From: the human T2T-CHM13v2.0 reference genome, Homo sapiens
Length of the DNA stretch: 64,000 nucleotides
Assembly: GCF_009914755.1 (NCBI RefSeq)
Contig: NC_060936.1
Reading direction: 5' to 3' (one strand)
Shown: piece by piece, positions 55,274 to 64,000 of the stretch
Position numbering within the stretch: position 1 is the first letter of the stretch
How the letters are laid out: each line of letters opens with the position of its first letter
Position numbers and translations under genes: made by a program
Notes under the pieces: model-generated
Database searches by the model: none
Told to the model about the DNA's origin: nothing
The model's input: the letters and a program-made list of their open reading frames with translations, nothing else

Positions 55274-55471
55274 CTATGATAGTAAAGTGACTTAGTTTAA
55301 GCAACCAAAATTGGGGAAAGAGTGGGCAGTTGTCAAATAAGGTCCCAAGAATCTTTCAGTTCCATGACCGTGTTGTTATCCTATGTCTCTGAAAGCCTGT
55401 GGCTGTGGCAGTTCACAATGCATAGTGGCATCATTTCCTGAGAAGGGAAAAGCTAGGAAAGAACAGTATTG

Positions 55472-55473
<2 letters not shown>

Positions 55474-55539
<66 letters not shown>
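55474..55539 (+). repeat. Compound (TG)n(GA)n microsatellite
   Basis: Read directly. Confidence 0.97.
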
Positions 55540-55542
<3 letters not shown>

Positions 55543-55616
55543 AGAATCAAAGGTTAAGAATTGTAAGAAATGCTCTGTTGAGGAAACCTAACGTACATCC
55601 AAATCTTGTACTTTAC

Positions 55617-55680
55617 CTCCTTATGCAGTGTGGTCCTCAGTGACAGTCTCATCAAAGGTTCTCAGTTACATCGTTTTATC
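55617..55680 (-). pseudogene. Candidate 64-nt exon (phase 2-0)
   Basis: Acceptor gaattgtctgtag|G, donor GGAG|GTAAAG. Reads IKRCN*EPLMRLSLRTTLHKE; phase matches exon 54223-54523. Confidence 0.45.
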
Positions 55681-55909
55681 CTACAGACAATTCACTACAA
55701 ACACACAAGGTATACTTATAAATATAAATTTGACTCAGGAATTACTAGGCTGCTATAATAGATGTTGAGTAGGAGGGACTTTTCTGTTCTCCAAAATTGC
55801 AGTTATGATTCAAAGCTCAGGGTAATAGTGCAAAGTGCCCAGTCCAGAGATGGCCACCAATGAGCTTCTGACAATTGTAATCGGCTGTATTAGAAAATAC
55901 ATAACTGAC

Positions 55910-56160
55910 CCTGTTACCAACAACCACTACCGTAACTCCTACCCCACAGTCAGTATTTAAAAAATGACTGAAGATGATGGGAGGATATGGACAGTCAACC
56001 TCATAGAACACTATAATGTAGTTATTTCCTTCCCTTCTTGCTTCCTCCTTCCTGTATGTAAATTGAAGGAGCTAAACTTTGAAGAGGGAGAGGAAGATGT
56101 TACACAGTGCCGCAGCTTGCCTCCTTCCCCGCTTCAAACTCCTTAATTCACAAATCTACC
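55910..56160 (-). pseudogene. Candidate decayed exon
   Basis: Strong acceptor cttttttccttcctcattatag|G. Overlaps ORF 55817..56011; donor uncertain. Confidence 0.4.
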
Positions 56161-58390
56161 CTATAATGAGGAAGGAAAAAAGTTTTAAACTGGATATAAG
56201 ATTGAAATTTTAAACAGGTCTGGACTACGGTTTAACTACTGGTGATTGGTAAATGATAAAATATGCCCAAGATGCTATTAGGAATAAGAAAGCAGGAATT
56301 GCTATAGTATAGTAAAAGTCAGTGTTTCAGCAGATAAAATTATTTTACATAATATACCTCAATAATTTTAAGACTCTAACTATTATGCTTCACATGAATC
56401 AAAAATCATATGCTAAATTTTGTTCCAACCACAATCACTGCACATTAACAAAAGATAAAAAGAAGGCCCGAGATATCTGAGAAATAGGATCCATTTACAA
56501 GTGCATTTCTCTGCCTGCTGCCATTGAAGCGTTCTTCTAAACATTTTCTGCTGTCTTTGTGATAATGCTCAGATCTAGAAGATCTCTGTTTTCAACTGGG
56601 GGTTGTGAAGGAACACACTCATTTGTGCACGGCAGGGCAAGCAGGGGTGGGCTGCAGGAAAGAGGAAACCCACATGTATTGAGTACCTACTATTTACCAG
56701 CTAGATGCCTTACATATGTGATCTCATTTAATCTTCAAAGTGTGGTTTAGATAGTTAGATCAATAGATGGACAGACAGATGGATAGATAGACTCAATTAT
56801 TAGAATTAAATGTTAGTGAGTTTCAACTAAAATAGCTCACTGTAGTGGGTTTAATTTTTTTCAAAGCCAGGATGTTTATTTTTTTTAAATGACAGTTTTG
56901 AGGATATAAGAATTTCCCACTATTATAGCCACATAAACCTAAGGCATGTTGCCAGAATCATCTACAAAATCAAGTATAAAACTAGAGCGAAAGAAAACCT
57001 AAGTTCTACTTCTCTTTCTTGACAGTTTCCTCAACTAGGAAATGATGAGATTGGTGTAAATCTCTATGGTACATTCCAACTCCTGCAGTCTAAGATTTTT
57101 ACATGATAAAGTGAAAGGATAAGCTAAAAAGTTCAGTTGTTTGTATAAAGCAAATCTAAATTAGCCAGGTCTAAGGTTATGTCCACATAATGTCACCTAA
57201 TCAGTTGAAAAGTGAGTATTTCAGCCAAACCATAGATTTGTTATTACATAGTGGACCAACGGCAGTACATGAGAACCATACTAACAAAATGCACTATTCT
57301 GCAATTTTTAAAAAGACCAACACAAAAAAAACTATGTATGTAGATATGACCTAAGATTTCTGAGATTTCTCAAGTCCCACAGTCTTCTTTCCAATAATAA
57401 ACAATACCCCAACAAATTCCCTTCTAGGAGCGCAGTGGCCCTGGATACCAAGTGGCATTTCCTGTGGATTCTTTTCCTGGGGGAGGCCTTTGAACATCAA
57501 CATTTTGAGGTTTCATGATGTTGAATGAACCTCATTGAATGCTAAGGCTTAAACTGATCTTAGTCTAAGTGTTTCTTTTTACAGATGGGGAAACTGAGGC
57601 TCATAGCCTCATTTCTTATCCTGCAGTATAGCATGAATTCCAGCAATGTTGGCTACTACATTTTGATCCCTTTAAGATAATTAATTTTCTTAGAAAATAT
57701 TAAGTGCCCCATGCTGGAAATATTAAGTGCTACTTAAGATTGGAGCCAAAACTACCAACATTTTCTCAAAAGAAAAACATCTTTTCCATAAAGACTAGAA
57801 ATAATATGTTGCAGTGAGGAAAAAAGATGTGGAAAGAGGAAACATAATAAAAAGAGGGGATTTTTTTTTTTTTGGTGATTTTGATAAATTTTTCATCAGG
57901 TGATTTGTCATTTGTTGAGCTGTAGGCAATAGAAGGATAATTTCAGACTCCCCTAGGCTTCACATTTGATTTGGAAGAAACCAAAATGGACTTTTAAAAA
58001 AATAAGTTTCTAAAAGGATACTTTGTTCTTTTTCTCTGAAGTGAGTCCAAAATCAACAACAACAAAAATGGAACTGTTAAGGATGGAATGTCTTAATCTG
58101 GATTAGTTTAGTCACTGTTTAATTCAATTTAATTTAACTCAACAAAGTTTTATTGAGTATGTGATATGTGTAATGCACTATCTTTTGTATTTTCCTGTCT
58201 CATGACTGTGTATCTCTGAACTTCAGAAGTTAGTCAAATGAGAGGTGGCAGGGTGTGTAGATTACAGTTTAGGATAATATTTGGCCCTTAAAAACTAAAC
58301 TCCACTTTCCTGACTGGCTAGATTCTAATGGGGATGTCACATTGGAGAAATATTTGGCAACACCAAATGTAAGTCAGTGTTATTACTTAC

Positions 58391-58738
58391 ATTACATTAC
58401 TCACACTTTACTTAGTTAATGAGCCCCACGTACTCAATATTCCAGTGGGATTATGTATACGTGTGGGTGGGGGTAAGGGGTGCCCCATTCTCTTGGTTGC
58501 CTCAGAACTATAGTTCCAAAGCTACATCCAAAGTATTTAAACAAGAAATACTACAATAACTTCATATTAATCTATCCAGAGCAATCCTTCCAGAGGTTTT
58601 ATTGAAAAGGGCCCCACCTTTATAATAGCAGAAACATCAACTGTCTTCCCAGTTTACTCCTCTCAAGCAAGTGGTAACTTCAAAGTCTGAAGTTTTAACC
58701 CAGACATTACTACAGCTGAGAACTTTACATTCCAGTCA
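58391..58738 (-). pseudogene. Possible decayed exon (348 nt)
   Basis: Acceptor ccaaatttacag|T, donor AAT|GTAAGT. Reads DWNVKFSAVVMSGLKLQTLKLPLA*... Confidence 0.35.
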
Positions 58739-59083
58739 CTGTAAATTTGGATTTACAAATATAAACAAAAAGACCAGAAATGCAAATATTAAATTTCTTT
58801 TAGTTCTGAGTTTGCAAAATTGATGCTAACAGTCTATAGAAATTTTGTATTTATTAACATAGGTGAGAAAAGATTTCCATGAGTTATTGTATTACAGTTT
58901 TGCATGTAATTGTTAACTCCCTAGAGAAATATTAATATTTGTGTAAAGTGTTAAATTTACTTAGCATTTTGTTCCCCCCTAAGACATTCAAAGACTTTAC
59001 AGATATTAGCTAATTAAAACTCAGCCCATTACTGAAATGCAAGAAGCCCTAGGAAGTATAGTCCACAATTAAAAGATGCAGAG

Positions 59084-59388
59084 GGCCAGGCGAGGTGGCT
59101 CACGCCTGTAATCCCAGCACTTTGGGAGGCCGAGGCGGGCCGATGGCTTGAGTTCGGGGGTTCGAGACCATCCTGGCCAACGTGGTAAAACCCCGTCTCT
59201 ACTAAAACTACAAAAATTACAGGGCATGGTGGTGTGTGCCTGTAATCCCAGCTAATCAGGAAGCTGAGGCAGGAGAATCGCTTGAACCCGGAAGTTGCTG
59301 TGAGCTGAGAGCGCGCCACTGCACTCCAGCCTGGGCGACAGAGCAAGATTCCGTCTCAAAAAAAAAAAAAACAAAGCAGAAAAAGAAA
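59084..59388 (+). mobile_element. Alu (AluS-like)
   Basis: Dimer with A-tail. Confidence 0.95.
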
Positions 59389-59600
59389 ACCAGGAAGTGA
59401 TGAGTCATCAGGTCCAACAATAAGCAGATGGCATATTTTAAAGATGCTTGGGACCAAAGGGAGAGAAGCCACAGAGTTTCCTGTCCCCACAGGTTCAAGA
59501 GTTCATTCTGGAGTAAGAGTATAGAGAGGAGAACTAGTCTTAACAGTTCTGGTCCTTTCTAACACAGAAGATAACAGAGGAAATCCCATTCCAATCTTAC

Positions 59601-59645
59601 CAGCACTCTCAGCCAATCCGACACAGTGCTGTGGAACCACCCATC
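59601..59645 (-). pseudogene. Candidate 45-nt symmetric exon
   Basis: Strong acceptor tcctctgtctctgcag|G and donor GCTG|GTAAGA. Confidence 0.55.
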
Positions 59646-60317
59646 CTGCAGAGACAGAGGACCCAATTGTAATGATGGCCAGCTTTTGTAAAAAGACTTT
59701 CTATATTATTTGTTTTTGCACTACAGTTATTTGTGCATCATGAAAAATAAACTGCAGAGTCAAAAAAAAAAAACAAAAAAAACGCCAAATCTTGGCTCTG
59801 CCCCCTACTAACTGTGTGATACGTAGTCACTGCACATAAAGCAGGTTCAATTCTTTTATCTGAAGAATCGAGATAATAAAACCTATGTCACTGCATTATT
59901 ATGAGAATTAAATGGTAAAATATAAAAGTGGTTTAGAACTTAATGGACTCAGAAATGTTTTTCTTTCCAAAATGGATCTTTCTGTGGGTAGGGTGGCGGG
60001 GGTAGGGTGGGTAGGAGTTGAAGGTTTGTGTTTGTATAGATACGTTGTTTGCAACCGAATTCAAATTTATCTGAAAGATCCTACTAGAGCTCCGGTTATT
60101 TTCGAAAGTCAAAAACTAGGTCATTAGCAACTCAACTTGAAACTTTCTTTGTTAGCATTGCTACTAATTGAGAGGTTATCATTAAGCACCATGGCTCGGT
60201 TCAACTGGAGCTCAAACAAAGGGGAAATTTTGAGCAATTACCCAGGACTCGGTGTCTAGAACCCAAAGTCAACTTATGAAATGCTTTGCAAACAATGAAG
60301 CATTAAGAGGAACTCAC

Positions 60318-60501
60318 TGCCTCGGTAGAACCTGCTCTTGTTGGTACCAAGGGACAAAATGCAACTCGCTGCAGTATCCAGACCCAAAAGGGTTTTCTCA
60401 AATGGACTCTATCTCTTGAGTCAAAATTGTTTTTGCATGTCACTACACTGCCCCATCTCATCTGGCTTTTCCACGTCTCTTCACAAAAAAGAAACTTTTG
60501 A
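60318..60501 (-). pseudogene. Candidate exon (184 nt)
   Basis: Acceptor gtgttttatttctag|T, consensus donor GGCA|GTGAGT. One frame is open throughout (QKFLFCEETWKSQMRWGSVVTCKNNFDSRDRVHLRKPF...; ORF 60303..60560). Confidence 0.6.
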
Positions 60502-61649
60502 CTAGAAATAAAACACTCCCAAATTGCTTTTTCCTTTACCAGGACTAACATAAAACACAATTATAATGGAAAGCAAGAGGGAGCACCAAGAAAGAACCAA
60601 ATCTTTAATTTTTATTTTTTAATTTTGACATAAATCTCAATTTTCTGGTTCTTACAGGAATTAGAGGCACTTGAAAATTGTAGGGGGAATGTAGAAGTCC
60701 TAGGCTGACAACAAGAAATACATATTTCTTGCCAAAAATGTCTTCAGAAAAATGAAAACCAACATTCTGAAATTTCCCAAATATCTATTAATATTGATTG
60801 CAATTTCTGATTGCAATGAAACCAAACATAAAAATCTTTCAATGGCCCCACAATTAATCTTCTTTCTTCAGGACAGATACTCAAACAAAATGAAATAACT
60901 ATTTAGGTTCAGCCTGTTCAATGTTCTGATTTAATTCTGGTTTATTAGTTTAAAAAAACAAAAAAAACCCATGAGTTTAGGTCTAGCTGAAACAAGTTCC
61001 CTAGGTTTTCTTTGAAAGATTTTAAGCTCAGTTCACAGTTGAGTTAAAAAGTAACAAGAAAGTCAGGGTCATATTAGGTTTATCAAATCCTACAGTTCTT
61101 AAGGTTTGGGACTGAAAGGTGTTTTCAGGCCCAATCTTGGCTTCAGAGACCCGGGAGGTTCACTTGGGTGGACAAATACTGAGACAACAGGCTGAGTTTT
61201 ATGCAGTACCTTTTAAGTAAGGAATGAAAAGGGAAGCAGCCATCTGCTTTGTGAGAAATGAAGGAAGTGCCCCAGTCCCCTGCAATTCAATCTGAGAAGT
61301 CACTGCAGTGTGGCTTCCCCCGAAACTTGAGTTCCTGGCAGTGGAACCAATAGACCGTGGGGGTTGGGTAGGGGAAGAGCAAAGACAGTCAGTCTCCTCA
61401 TGTAAGCCAATTTCTTCTCTTTACAACTCCTCCCACTTTACTCAAGGCCAGTCTCCCAAGACGTGCACCCATACACCCATCTGTGCTGTCAGGAAGAGGT
61501 GTCTCCCACCTCTTCCTCACCTAACTCAACTTAAATGTCACGTCTCAGATAGGCTTCTTTGACCATCTCTTTTGAAATTTGATGTTCACATAATACAGGT
61601 TCACGTCTTCCTGTATTTTTCCTTTATTGCTCTTATTAACAATTGTAGG

Positions 61650-61942
61650 AACCAGGCTTGGTGGCTCACACCTGCAATCCCACCACTTTGGGTGGCCAAG
61701 ATGGGCAGATCACTTGAGTCCAGGAGTTCAAGACCAGCCTGGGCAACATGGCAAAACCTCGTCTCTACAAAAAATACAAAAATTAGCCGGGTGCAGTAGC
61801 CTGAGCGGGTAGTCCTGGCTACTCGGTTGGCTGAGGTGGGAGGATTGCCTAAGCCTGGGAGGTTGGGGCTGCAGTGAGTGGTGATCCTGCCACTACACTC
61901 CAGCCTGGGTGATAGAGGGAGACCCTGTCTTTAAAAAAAAAA
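61650..61942 (+). mobile_element. Alu (AluJ-like)
   Basis: gggaggattgcctaagcctgggaggttggggctgcagtgag. Confidence 0.92.
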
Positions 61943-62288
61943 ATTATAGCTACACAGACTCTTGTGTGGTTATGGCTCATGGTTGGTTTCCTTCACTAGA
62001 CTATTCATTCTATGAGGCTAAGAAAAATAAGTATTTTTTAAACTTCTATTCCCAGCCCCCAAGCAGAGGGTTTGGTATATAGTAGATGTCCATTAAATAA
62101 TTGTGGAATAGGTAGCTCTCTGCTCTCAAATATCAACCTCATCTTTTGATTGTTTTTCCCATATTCAAGTCCCATTTTATATTCTAAATACCCTTGGATG
62201 TATTACACCTTTAGCAATTAGCAGAAATAATTAAAAATATCACTTACTGAGGCCTTAACATGTGCTGAACATGGAACTCAACACATCA

Positions 62289-62576
<288 letters not shown>

Positions 62577-63230
62577 ACATCATTGACATTATTTCATGGA
62601 ATTTTCTCAACACTGTGAAGTGTGTAAAATTATTGCTGTGTTACAAGTGAAGAAATCAAGGTTGGATTAAGCCTAGAGGGGAAGTACCGCTTGGCATGGA
62701 AGAGAGAAAGAAGGGTTGGTGAGGAGCATGGAGACAGTGAAGGTAGGAGTGTGCCAGCGAACATTCCTTATGTCATAATCCCCCAGTCAGCCCCGTCTAT
62801 ACCACTTAAGAGCAATGCATATACCATATGTGTTGCTGCTGTCTGCAGCATTAAACATATATTCCATAGTTGAATCCCTTTTCCTGGTGCTCAAAGGAAA
62901 GAGAAAATAACAGATCAAAGGAGAATGCTGAAAAGATATTTGACTCTCTGGCCCTTATTGTTTAACACCTTTTAAATTTGTTTTTTTCTTCTGTGTCTAT
63001 AACACTGGAGCTAAGACATGGGTGGCCAGAATAGATAAGCCTCTGGCCCTCTTCCAATCCTATGATTCTACAATTCTATGTTGCCATAATAATTTCCACT
63101 ATATTCTGTCAATGTGCTCTCACTTCCCTTCAGACAGGATTTATCTGGCAACTGAAGTTGGTCCTGACAACATCTTAAAATGCCTAAACTGATGGTGTCT
63201 CTAAGATTTTTCTAACCCCTATTTATATAC

Positions 63231-63478
63231 CGTCAAGACAAATATGCAGGAATTCGGCAATCAGAAAGTTGATTTCCACCATTGTGACAGCCACTGTTTT
63301 TTAACGTTTCATTCCCATTCTTGAAGCAATGGTGGGAAGCAGCTCCTCTGGAATTTGTCACGTAGCACTTCAGCTCTTCCACGACAACTGGTATGCACAG
63401 AAGATTGCAGAATATGCCTTCCTCCCGTGCCAAGGCATCACTCTCCTCCCTTTCTCCTTGTTAGTCATTTGTCGGGTT
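63231..63478 (-). pseudogene. Candidate exon (248 nt)
   Basis: Acceptor gcagttttacag|A, donor GACG|GTATAT. Contains ORF 63233..63433, whose frame joins exon 60318-60501 across one stop. Confidence 0.55.
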
Positions 63479-63574
63479 CTGTAAAACTGCATTGATAAGG
63501 TGCTGCTTTAAAGGTGCCAATTATCTATTTTGTTGTAGTGTAATTTTTTAAGAAAAGGATGCTGCTAGTTATCC

Positions 63575-63918
63575 TCTTCTTGATGTTTAGAAGAGTCTCA
63601 GAGGGTTTTGACTAAGGGGACTGTAGTTATTTTGGTGTAACTTGCAGTTGTTCGGTGAGAGATAGAGTTGAGGTATGAAGACATTTGAAGAAAAATAATG
63701 GTAAACTTTTATGTTTGAGTGAAAGTAGAGAGAGATGTTCTCTTTGGGCAACATACAACTCCAATTTGGATGGAAAAATATGAGGACAAAAGTTACCTTG
63801 TTCAGGTGAAGATGTGCCTGGAAGGAAAGAGAGCCTTTCCCATGAATTTTGTTGGAAACTGCTCTGCTTTTGGTCACATGCTCCGTGTACTCCCACAGAA
63901 CACACAAGGGATGAAGGC
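63575..63918 (-). pseudogene. Possible exon
   Basis: Repeat-free, with minus-strand ORFs 63587..63907 (106 aa) and 63627..63905. Splice sites are weak. Confidence 0.35.
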
Positions 63919-64000
63919 CTGACCTTTGAAGTCAGGATTAAATTCCCATCATTTAATCTAAATGTATTCGCCCATCACCACTGAGAAGCAGGAAGCATCA

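Noticed and set aside
57693-57730. Short direct repeat aaatattaagtgc x2
   Set aside because: Small neutral-looking duplication with no supporting context.
59601-59645. SAM-domain-like phrase FHSTVSDWLRVL
   Set aside because: Only 15 residues, the frame is uncertain, and the rest of a SAM fold does not follow.

Overview
Simian-primate (human-like) genomic DNA, AT-rich and dense in interspersed repeats: AluJ/S/Y, L1PA/L1M, L2, MIR, THE1/MST/MLT LTRs, a deleted ERVL provirus with intact target-site duplication (TSD), and a 7SL retrocopy. I see no intact protein-coding gene. The main signal is in the repeat-free islands. Read on the minus strand, about 40 of them are bounded by AG acceptors and GT donors, several are depleted of stops in one frame, and their splice phases often chain from one exon to the next. 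I interpret this as the decayed remnant of one very large multi-exon gene (about 14 kb of candidate exon, over 4,000 codons if all are real) that probably runs past both ends of the window. It would be a candidate unitary pseudogene, possibly still transcribed as a lncRNA. I cannot assign the protein to a known family. Exon calls and translations were made by eye and need comparative-genomic confirmation. Repeat subfamily names are recalled from consensus sequences, not from a RepeatMasker run.
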